Below are positions 53,560 to 64,000 of a stretch of DNA of 64,000 nucleotides, piece by piece. Below the pieces are notes generated by a model. That model saw only the letters and a list, made by a program, of their open reading frames with translations. It was not told the DNA's origin and ran no database searches. This DNA comes from Eledone cirrhosa. Lineage: Eukaryota. The number at the start of each line of letters is the position of its first letter. The stretch's first letter is position 1. Location: the NCBI GenBank assembly GCA_964016885.1, contig OZ024740.1:413168001-413232000 (forward strand), in the 5' to 3' direction. Made by a program: the position numbers and the translations under genes.

Positions 53560-54199
53560 CCGTATTACTGTAGTGATGGTGCTGTAGCGGTGGCAGCAGC
53601 AGTGAAGGAGTCAGGGGGTGGTGGCGGCGGTGATGGGATAGTGGTGGTAATGATGGCCGTAGTGAGCGGTGGCGGTGAAGGTGAAAATGCTGTTGTGTTT
53701 AGTGTACACAGATGATGGGGTGAGTAGTGTATCTAGTTTCTGGTGTTGGTGAGTTTCGCTGTCCTATATAGTGTAGCCAGAGGAGAGGAGGGGGGGGGGT
53801 TCTTCTTCTTCCATTTATAGCCATTTTATTTTTTGGGGATATACAGTGTACAATACAAAGTTGAATATTTGAATATTTGAGCCGTATTACTGTAGTGATG
53901 GTGCTGTAGCGGTGGCAGCAGCAGTGAAGGAGTCAAGGGGTGGTGGCGGCGGTGATGGGATAGTGGTGGTAATGATGGCCGTAGTGAGCGGTGGCGGTGA
54001 AGGTGAAAATGCTGTTGTGTTTAGTGTACACAGATGATGGGGTGGGTGGTGTATCTAGTTTCTGGTGTTGGTGAGTTTAGCTGTCCTATATAGTGTAGCC
54101 AGAGGAGAGGAGGGGGGGGTTCTTCTTCTTCCATTTATAGCCATTTTTTTTTGGATATACAGTGTACAATACAAAGTTGAATATTTGAATATTTGAGCC
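53560..54199. repeat. ~320-bp tandem duplication in the R4 5' leader
   Basis: CCGTATTACTGTAGTGATGG...GAATATTTGAG at 53560-53881 and again at 53882-54197. Confidence 0.92.
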
Positions 54200-54345
54200 T
54201 TATAACAATATATTTTGGGTCCGAATTTTTTGGGGCTCAAGCCGGGTGCTTTACGTAGCATTTGTACTAAGAGTTGTTATTTCACAAATGATTTAAATAT
54301 GTTAAAAATTCAAAACTTATTATTATTATTATTATTATTATTATT

Positions 54346-55018
54346 TGCATTTATCTTGCTTTATGTTTATACGAGTTATCACCAAGTCACAACCAGTGAC
54401 CTCAAGAGACAACAAGGTCCGCCATGTTCAAGAAAGAACACACATATTCACACATGCATCCTTAGTGTTTAGACTTGTGATGTACTTATATTGACAGGAT
54501 CTTCCTTAGTATATGGGCAGTTCCCATTAGTACTATCTTTTGTATTTCTCCTATACGCGGGTTTCCTGGGATTTGCGATAAGTAGTCGTTAGACCCCTTA
54601 GGTATCATTCCCAGAGCGCCTACAACCACTGGTATTGTTTTAGTTCTCAATTTCCACATTTTTCCAATTTCTATCTCCAGGTCCTTATACTTGCTCAATT
54701 TTTCAAATGTTTTTATAGATACATTCTTGTCTATTGGAACAGACATATCAATTAGCAGGCATACCCTCCTTTGAAAGTCCTTCAATATTATATCAGGTCT
54801 ATTTGCATCTATTTTTCGGTCTGTTTGGATGCTAAAGTTCCACAAGATTGAGATGTGATCTTTTTCAAGTATGGGAGGTGGTTGATGCTCCCACCAATTC
54901 TTTTGATGGGGCAGGTCAAAATGCTTACACATTATCCAATGTATGTATTGTGCAGCTCTGTCATGCCTGTTTAGGTATTCGGTTGGAGCTATAGGACTGC
55001 ACATTGAAATTATATGGC
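54346..55018 (-). mobile_element. 5'-truncated second R4/Dong-like family (B): RLE domain + 3' UTR
   Basis: ORF 54486..55088 contains HIISMC...RHD...RPDIIL...IDMSVP...EKLSKYKDL...IPVVVGALG. The 3' end runs into (TAA)n. Confidence 0.9.
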
Positions 55019-55086
55019 CCTTCGCGGGTAAATAACAGCTTATTGGGGTTTTGTGCCCAATATTTATTTTAAACCCCCCAAAAAAC

Positions 55087-56929
55087 ATGGCTACAAAAAA
55101 GAATTTTCACAAGTCACTCCCACTCATTCCGTCTTCTTCTTCATCAATCGAAACCACACCAGAGAGAAGATTGTCTCTCTCCCTCTCTTCTCTAAATGTG
55201 TCTCTCTCCCTCCCTTCTCTTTCGCAAGCGACGCCAGTAAAGATAAAGAAAAATATAGTTTCTGATAGATTTCAAGAGCACGTGCAAACCGAGGAACATT
55301 TCTCCACGACGACGACAACGACGAAAAATGTGTGCAGTAAATACGGAAACCCATTTCATTCGTCCGACGTCATGAATAATAACAGCAGCAGCAGCAACAG
55401 TGACAAGGAAAACAACAGTAGCAGCCGCAACAGCACCAGCAGCAGCATAAACAACAACAACATCATTAGCAGCAACAGCAACAACAACAGCAGCAGCAGC
55501 AGCAACAACCACAGCAACAGCGGCGGCAGCAGTGGTAGTATCAGCAGCAACAACAAAAGTAACAGCAGCTCTGACGACGACAACAACAACAACAAAGAAA
55601 TACCAATCTCGTTTGCAGGTATCGCAAAGAACCTGGAAACCATCCTCATAACAAATGAGGAATTACAGGAAGCAAAGAAGATGGTGACGAAAACCGGACA
55701 CCGAGCAATCTGCGAGGCAGCCGAAACATTTTTCGAAACCCAACAGCACTGTACGGTCACGTACCGTACAGTAAGCACAAAATCCCGTAGGGTTGAAAGA
55801 GCCACAGAGGTTCAAATACAAAAAGCCTTAGGGTATGTGTGGAAGCGGAAAACGCATATCACCCGAGGCAAGAAATATGCCACCGTGGACGTGCTTTTTG
55901 CCACACCCCAGGAGGCAAAGGCTCAATCCTTAGTGACCCTAAGGAGCGAGGAAATGGTGTTGGTGCCCTCCTACTGCGGACAAAAAATTGTGAGGGTCAA
56001 ACTGACCCACGTTCCCCCCGGGATGGCCCCTTCTTGGCTGGCCGCGTCTGTCCTCGTCGGAATCGAGGACAAAACAACTCTACTGCAAGTACAGAAAAAA
56101 GTAAGAGAAGATTGGGTCGGCACCTCCATTGAGATGTTAATCCAAACCAACCAGGAATGCATCGAAGCCATCCCGGATGTGATAGACTTCGATAACGGCA
56201 CTCAACTGCCCATAAGTGTTGAGAGCAAACGCCCGAAATGATTCGCTGTGGATCGAAGACTCACCTCAGGGCCTTCTGCAACGAGAAGACCCTGAGAAAG
56301 GAGACCCCCCCCCTCCTTCCGAAACCGGCTCCACTGCTACCAGTAACAGGACAGGCGGAAACCAGGAAGCGTAGGTCCGTGGCACCCATATCCACGCCAC
56401 GGAAATCAATAGCAGCAGCAGCAGTGGAAGTATTAACAACAACAACATCAATACCAACTGGAGCTGCAACAGAGACTCTACTGTAAACATCATCAACAAC
56501 AACAAGTGAAAGAGTGGAGTGGTACCCCTCCCCGAATTCACAGAATCAGACATGGAGTGTGAGGTGGGAGAGGGATGGCAAAAGGTCGCAAGAAGGCACA
56601 AACGCAGAAGCAGCGCATCATCGCCTTCGAAAAGAGAGGCAAGAAACGAAAAAAGGGTAAAGGCTACTGCAAAAAGACTTACAGCAGCAACACCAACAAC
56701 ATCATCACCACCCACACTAGCACCACGATCACCACCGGCGGCAACCCCACCGCCAACAACAACAACACCTTCAACACCACCACCACAAGCAGCAACATCG
56801 CAAACACAACAAAACACACACACCCAGCATCAACGAAAAGAAAACAGCAGAACCACACCACACCCCCCAGAAAAACAAATGCACGGCAATAAATACACAC
56901 AACAAGAAACTAATGACTTGCATAATTGA
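55087..56929 (+). pseudogene. Tx1-like ORF1 (gag-like, CCHC knuckle), frameshifted
   Basis: 385-codon ORF from ATG 55087. A frameshift at ~56240 splits (C)xRCGSKTHLRAFC, followed by a Thr/Pro/Arg-rich tail (GWQKVARR). Confidence 0.75.
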
Positions 56930-57245
56930 ACACACAGACATTTCACAGCACGACTACATAATACCAGCACCAATCAAAACACCAACGAACATAAGACTGG
57001 TAAGAATAGCCGAGAAACAATACACACATTAAAACGAAATTCCCCACCGCAGTTGGTTATTGCAGAGAACTAGGAGGGACACTCAACCGGAGGGTATATT
57101 CGGATATACTCAAAGAATAGCCGACGACCAGGCGAAGGGGCGATTCAACCAGACGATCAAGTGAAAAGGGATGGAGAAATCATCCTTCCTCTGCGAGAAG
57201 AAGTAAGGTAAGTGGTTTTTCCCATCTTTTCCACTCCATTTCAAT

Positions 57246-60200
57246 ATGACCTCAATCAGAATAGGCAGCATAAATGCGCGTGGCGTGGGGTCGTCATGGA
57301 AGCAGGGCCACCTGCTCAACGACCTCAGGTCACTAAACATAGATGTAGTGGCCATCAGCGAGACCAGAATCTCCGAAGCACGGGCCTTCGCACCGATCTC
57401 CGGCGGCTACGATGTGTATGCATCTCCCAGCCCTCCTGGACCGGGGGTAGGATTTGCTGTGCTTTTTAGGAGAGGTTTGGATCTCGCCATACGGGCCATC
57501 TTCCTGGACCCAGAAGGTAAGTTAGTGGTGCTGGACGTGACCAGCGGAGAAGGGCAAGCTTTCAGGCTAGTGGCCGTCTATGCCCGACAGATGCAGGGCG
57601 GCCTGATTTCTTCCGGCGTCTGGACACCTTTCTAGGAACGTCCCGCTTTTTAGTGTTAGTGGGCGACTGGAACGGGATCTTAGATGCACGCTGGGACTGT
57701 GTGGGATTAGCGGATAGGGGAGGAGGGTGCAAGAGCCTCACCAACGTGCTCAGGCGTTTTGAACTGTCTGACAGGTACCGATTGGATTTCCCGAATGTGC
57801 CAATGTGGACTTGGACAAATCGTATCGGGTCTTCCAGATCATATCTAGATATAGTATTTTGTAGGGAAATAGATAGGTCTCACATAAGCTGTCCACAATT
57901 CAAGATAGTCAGCTACACGGACCACAAATTTGTGATCTGTGTGCTTGATTTAGATAGGCTTCATAGACGAGGACCCGGCTACTGGAAGCTAAACGCGTCC
58001 TTACCAGCGCGCAAGGCCTACAGAGATCGGATTAGCGAACTAGTTAAGCGAGCGTTGACGGAGGCCATCGTCAACAACAAGTGGTGGTTTGCTCTGAAAA
58101 GAGCGATTAGAATAGAGTCCATTAGGTCTAGTAAGGATTTAGTTATATAGAAAAATAGAGCAGAGGGAGAACTAGTTAGAAAATTAGACGAGGCGCTTAG
58201 CAAAGGCGTCGCGAGCGACGTACTTGCGGCGAAATTGGCCCTTGACCAATTCTTCACGCAAAGCACGAAGGCTGCGTTGTCAGAGCGAGGGTACGTGATC
58301 TCAGACACGAGGGGACAAAAGCCGTTCAATGGGCCCGAGTGGCGGAGGCGCGTCGTGGAAACAAAGCCACGATCCGGTCTTTAGTGGACCACGACGGGCG
58401 CATACTACTCTATCCCGGGCAAATGTGCGAAGCTTTTCAGCGACACTTCGCTCAACTGTTCGGGGGCAGCGGCGGGCCGACTCGAGAGATGGACTTTAGT
58501 TTCTACCTCGACGGACTGCCGCGGCTCTCGGCCACTGAGGCGGAGTGTTGCGAAAAGCTGATAACAGCCGCTGAAGTACTGGAGGCAATGACTGGCTGCA
58601 CAATGAACTTTACGTACAAATGCCAGACTTGTTCGGAGGCCTCTTGGCGGACGTCTACTGCAACTGGCAACAGAACGGGAGAATTCCCAGCTCTGTGAGC
58701 CGAGGAGCAGTGGCGCTGCTGAGAAAGGATCCGAACAAGGGGGATAACATAGATAATTTTAGGCCCATAACTTTGCTAAAGACAGAGTTCAAGATTTTGG
58801 CCAAGCTGCTAGCAAAGAGGTTGGCGCTTGTCGTTGGTGGACTGGTGGGAGAGGCGCTGACATGCGCCATTCCCAACAGATCCATCCACGACAACCTCCA
58901 CCTCATGCGATACATCGTAGAGAGGGTAGCTAGGGAACATGGCACGGGTGGGTCCTTAATCAATTTAGATCAGTCGTAAGCTTTCGATAGGGTCGACCAT
59001 CGTTACCTAGCGGCAGTCCTGAGGGCGGCTGGCTTTGGGCCCGTCTTCAGAGCCTGGATCGCTGCCATGCACAGCGACATCTGCTCTGTGGTGAGAGTGA
59101 ACGGTCACCTTTCGGAACCGTTCAACATCATGCTCTCAGTCCGCCAAGGATGTTCCCTCTCGTCCCTCTTGTACGTATTGACTCTCGAGCCATTACTGCA
59201 CAAACTGGAGACGTTGAGGGGGGTCCCGCGCGAACTATGATGGGGAAGATCCGTGTGAGCATATGCGGACGATGTTACCGTAGTGGTGTCGAACGCCAAA
59301 CACATCGAAGCGATCGGCACTACACTAAGAGAATACGAAGCGGTGTGGGGAGCAATGGACAAACAGGAAAAGTCAGTGGGCCTGCAGCTCGGCACTTGGA
59401 GAGGCAGGTCCATGTCGTCCAACAGCGTCGTCGGGCGCTGGACGGCCGGACGGGTTAAATTGCTAGGGGTCTGGTTCGGTCCGGACCTCCAGACGGACAA
59501 ACACTGGGACGAGGTGACGAGCAGGGTGGCTTCTCTCACCCAGAAATGGGCGGAGAGGAAGCTATCCCTGAAAGGTCGAGCGGAAGTGGCTAACAATACA
59601 TCGCGTCCGTCATCTGCTACCCCCTGACCGTCGTACCTTGTCCTAAGTCCCGCCTGACTGCGCTGGAGCGTTTGCTCTTTCGCTTTTTGTGGAAGGGACG
59701 CGCTCCGATGGTCAGGCGGTCCATCTTTTGTCAACACCCGCTACGTGGAGGGCTGGGCATGCCGTGGCTAATGATGCGCAGACACGCGCTCAAGCTACGA
59801 CATCTCCACCTCTTTCTCGACGGTGATCAGGTGTGATCGCCGTTTGCTAGACGCGTTTTTCCCCTGGAATATCTTCAGGCGCTCACAGCCCTCGACCAAT
59901 GGGGCAATGTGATCGGTGGAATCTCCACCTCGGCGTTCTATAGAGGATTAGTGGAGGGGAAGAGCGACGACGTACTTGGGGAAATTCTAGCCATCGACGA
60001 AAATCAACTAGCCAATCTTTTCCGAAGAACTTTCGGGCCGGGGCCTATGGACAACTTCCAGAAATCCCTGGCCTGGCAGTGCTACCGAGGAGCCTTGCCA
60101 GTATGGGATAAACTCTACAGGCATGGAGGTGCCGTCAGCCGGGCATGTCCGAGATGCACGCAGGGCGACGAAACCGTCCTGCACGCACTCGTCCAGTGTC

Positions 60201-60562
60201 CGAGAATTGCTGACTTGTGGGTTTCTGTCGAACACCTGCTGCTGCGTGTAGGACGAATCCGGCTATCAGCTGAGTCCATCGTGAGGATTGCCCCGCCCTC
60301 TTCCGTTAGCCGGAAAAGGCAGGCAGTTTTTATCTGTCTGGTGGCTATGGCGAAAGAGATAGTATTGTGGACACGTTTGAAAGGGGTGAAGACGAGCACT
60401 TACCTCTTCGGTGATGCCCTGATTGACTTTTTCAAATTTCATTTGAAAAGGAAAATCAGGGTAGAGAAGGGAATGCTCTCTTCCCTGCATTTTGTTGAAA
60501 GATGGGTGAGAGAAGCAAGAATAGCCCGAGTGAATGGGCCTACTCTGAGTATATATCTGTAA
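57246..60562 (+). pseudogene. Tx1/L1 ORF2 (APE endonuclease + RT + C-terminal zinc finger) with several stops and frameshifts
   Basis: SINARG, AISET, VGDWN, YLD, TDH, GYWKLN; NFRPITLL, LDQS*AFDRVDH, VRQGCSLS, YADD (~59262); CPRC...ETVLHALVQC. Confidence 0.92.
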
Positions 60563-60809
60563 ATTAAAGGTGGAAAACTGGGAGAGGGCACCTGCCTTGG
60601 TGGTCAGGGTCACTGTGGCCTTTTACAGGGCTTTCTCCACAAATGTCCCTCCGAAGTCTCCCCCTATTGGGGAATTTTTCATTGTTATTTTTTGTTACAT
60701 CCTCTGTTTTTGTTTTTTGCACGCAGAAATGCCCATTTCTACCGTCCTGTATTGTCCTGCACTGTTCTTAATGTCTACTTTATGTAAACCCTTGTGGTTA
60801 ATAAAGAAA

Positions 60810-60844
<35 letters not shown>

Positions 60845-60849
60845 GTTGT

Positions 60850-63800
60850 TATTCCTTGAATCTCAGTCATTGATGTTGGTTAACTGGAAAGTTCGTTGGA
60901 ATGAATATCAAGCCACTACCTGCAGCCTCAGATATTCAGGACGTATCGGAGGGTTCTTGCTGTTCCAAGCAAGCATGCCTTTTGAAGCGTTCCAAAAAGC
61001 GTGAAGGGGCCGATTTTCTTTAACCATCCCTGGAAACTTTTGGAGATAGTCCCCAGTGCGCCTATGACAATCGGGATCACTTTGACTTCATGGCAGTTCC
61101 AAATCCTTTTCACCTCCCACTTTAGGTCCTGGTATCGGTTAATTTTCTCCCTCTCCTTCTCTTGCACTCTCGTGTCGAAAGGGCAGGCCACATCCACAAT
61201 CAGACACGATCTTTTTTCTTTGTCCACAACCACCAGGTCAGGTCTATTGTGTTCCAGTTTTTTGTCCGCTTGTATCCTAAAATCCCACAGCACCTTCACC
61301 TGATTGTTCTCCATCACCGCCTCTGACCTATGCTCATACCATTTCTCAGAATGTGGTAAATTGTTTACTTTGCACAGGTGCCAGTGGATCATCCTGCCCA
61401 TCACATCGTGTCTCCAGCCCTTATAGTGGTTCTGGGCTAGGTGTTTACACTCGGACACAATGTGAGCCACAGTCTCCTCTCTCTCTCTCCACAGATCCTG
61501 CACAGTGGGCTAGCCTCCTCCTTGTAAATATGGTGCTTCAACCACTTCGTTTTGAGGGCCTACTCCTGCGCAGCCATTAGCATTCCTTCTGTAGCCTTTT
61601 TGAGGTCTCCTCTTCTCAACCAGTTCCATGTCTGTGGATCTCTAAATTCAGTTTTCTCAAAGAAGGTACTATGAAGGGATTTTCCCTCAAGGCTGCTCTT
61701 CCTCCTTGATGTTATTTCCTCCTTGGACATCCCCTGGCCTACTGTCCCCTCCTTCAGTACAGTTCTGAGCATTGGCTCCTTACTATAGGTCACGTATTTG
61801 TATAGGTTGTTTTTCTCCATCTGAACACAGTCCTCTATGCTGATAAGACCTCTTCCACCCTCAGATCTCCTTAGGTAGAGTCTATCGACATCACTCCTCT
61901 TGTGGAACATGTTGTAGATAGTCAATAGCTTCCTAGTCTTCCTATCCATTTCTTTTTGTTCAGCAACATTCCATCTCAGAATTCCCGCACTGTACCTAAT
62001 AATAGACACAGCTCGGGAATTTACTGCGCTTATGGCATTTCTGCTGTTCAGATGTGACTTCAATACGCTCCTTACTCTCCGAATGTATTCAGTTCTTAAC
62101 AATTCCTTCATTTTTTTGTTCTTTATGCCATCAGCCTCCAGAACGCCCAAATACTTGTATCCTTCCTCAGAGTCAATTTCCTTTATCATCTCACCTGTTG
62201 GTATCTGGATCCCGTTACTTCTGCTCAACCTACCCCTCCTCATTACAATGACTCCACATTTACCAATACCAAACTGCATACATATATCACTGCTGAAAAT
62301 ACGGACAGTGTCAACAAGCACATCCAACTCCTTCTCACTTTTCCCGAAGAACTTAAGATCGTCCATGAAGAGGAGGTGATTGATGGTAAGCTCTCCCTAC
62401 CCAACTTGTATCCTGCTCTCACTTTTCGCAGCATAATGGTCAAGGGCATCAAGGCAAGGACAAACAACAGAGGGGACAGGCTATCTCCCTGGAAGATACC
62501 TCTCTTGATCTTCACGCTTCCCAAGGATACTCCAGTTGATGTCAACCCTGTCTCCCAGGACCCCATACTCCTGCCCAGCAACTGTCTGATGTTATCTGCC
62601 ACCCTGAAGATCTCCAGGCTTTTGGTGATCCAAGAATGAGGCACCATGTCAAATGCCTTTCTGTAGTCTATCCATCCCATGGCAAGATCAGTGTGTCTCC
62701 TCCTGCAATTCCCCATTACCATCTTATCAATAAGCAACTGGTCCTTTGTACCACGTGACTTCTTTCGGCATCCTTTCTGTTCGTCCGGTAACAAGTTGTT
62801 TGTGTGGAGGTGATGGTAGATTTCCTCAGACACAATGCTCGTCAACAGTTTCCACATTACGGACAGACATGTGATAGGTCTATAGTTGGTAACATCATTA
62901 CCCTTGATTCGGTCTTTCATTATCAGAACTGTGGTACCTTTTGTCAACCACTCTGGCACCTCACCCGACACCAAGCAGTCATTGAACATGGCCGTCAGCT
63001 TCGGGTGGAGGGATGTTAAATTTGTAATCCAATACCCCTGCACACCATCTGGGCCTGGTGATTTCCAGTTGGTTAGTTTTTTGGCCTGCCCCTTAAGAGT
63101 TTCAACTGTGATACTCAAATCAGTTTGTTGGTGTGCCTGCTCACCGATCTCCCTCTGTACTGTCTCAATCCACCCTGCCTGGACATTATGTCTAACATCC
63201 TGCTCTCATATTCCTCTCCAGAATGTTTTAGTTTGCTCCGCCCCAGGGATCAAGTCGTTGCCTCTTTCTTTCCCCTCAAGCTGTCCAAACAGCATCTTCT
63301 GGTTGTTGTCAAACATGCGGTTCTGTTTATACTGACTGACTCTGTTCTCGTATCGCCTGATTTTTGCACTCTTTGCTACAATGCGTTGCTTCAGTTCCTC
63401 TATGATAATATTTAGCTTTTTCCTCCTAGTTTTGTACTTTATTTCCAGTCTATTTTTAGTGCCTATGTTTTTTAGTGTCCCATTCAGTAGTGACTCAAGC
63501 TTTCCTATGTCATTTCTCATTTCTCCGATTTGACCACTCAGTCGTTTCTTCCACCACGGCTCTGCTCTTTCTTGTCTGTTGTTTCCTCTCGCTTTTATAC
63601 CAAGTAGTTTCCTCACCGTATTTGCTGTTGCTGACTTAGTTTTTGTTTTTTTAGTTTTAGTTTTTCCCCCTTCTTCTCTGTCCGTCCGCCTGCTTCTCTC
63701 TTCATTCTTATTTTCTTTACGTTTTTTTTTTTTTTGTTTTTGTTTTTGTTTTTGTTTTTCTCTGTTTGTTTTTCTCGTTTTTTGCTGTTGTTGCTGTGCT

Positions 63801-63975
63801 GCTTTGGTTTTGTTGTTTGTTTTTCCTTTTTTTCTTTTGAGTCTATCTATATATTTTGATGCCTTCCTCTTGTTTAGTAGTAGGAGTTCTATAAGGTGGT
63901 GGCAGCAGCCATCTAGAGGAGGTGGTGGACTGGCGGCGGTAGCGATACTGAGACAGTGGTGGTGGTGATGTCGAT
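60850..63975 (-). mobile_element. R4/Dong-like family A copy 2, with internal deletion and frameshifts
   Basis: Highly similar to copy 1. The ORF is broken at ~61485, 61560, ~62398 and 63206, and lacks ~52292-53216 of copy 1. (TAA)n at both ends. Confidence 0.93.
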
Positions 63976-64000
63976 ATTATTATTATTATTATTATTTGCA

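Larger units (their letters stand above)
49522..54316 (-). mobile_element. Apparently full-length R4/Dong-like non-LTR retrotransposon in (TAA)n (family A, copy 1)
   Basis: Intact ORF, ~75-nt 3' UTR running into (TAA)n, and ~1.3-kb 5' leader bounded by (TAA)n at 54317-54345. Part of the leader is shared with copy 2. Confidence 0.88.
55019..60812 (+). mobile_element. Tx1/L1-clade LINE, near full length, decayed
   Basis: ORF1 followed by an APE-RT-zinc finger ORF2. 3' end AATAAAGAAATC-(ATT)n. Confidence 0.9.

Noticed and set aside
54198-54316. Twister-like ribozyme at the R4 5' end (GGCTTGAGCC hairpin)
   Set aside because: The conserved twister nucleotides and both pseudoknots could not be placed.

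Overview
AT-rich, microsatellite-dense animal genomic DNA. The repeat landscape suggests a cephalopod such as octopus, which is an inference. I could not support any host protein-coding gene; most short ORFs are (TA)n/(CA)n artefacts. The window is dominated by retroelements sorted by microsatellite type. (1) Penelope-like elements (PLEs) and their termini sit in (TA)n arrays: a near-intact Hydra-type RT + GIY-YIG element at 35151-39635, several decayed PLEs, and many fold-back or inverted terminal remnants. Together these carry more than a dozen type I hammerhead ribozyme (HHR) motifs, including two non-canonical core variants. (2) A nest at (TAA)n, 49.5-64 kb, holds an intact R4/Dong-like RLE LINE, a deleted sister copy, a fragment of a second R4-like family and a decayed Tx1/L1-clade LINE. 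(3) A CRE-like 3' fragment sits in (CA)n. (4) Ten copies of one tRNA-derived SINE have a 3' end and ATTA-starting target-site duplications (TSDs) that resemble the Tx1 element's 3' end. All structures and alignments were read by eye, and boundary coordinates are approximate.
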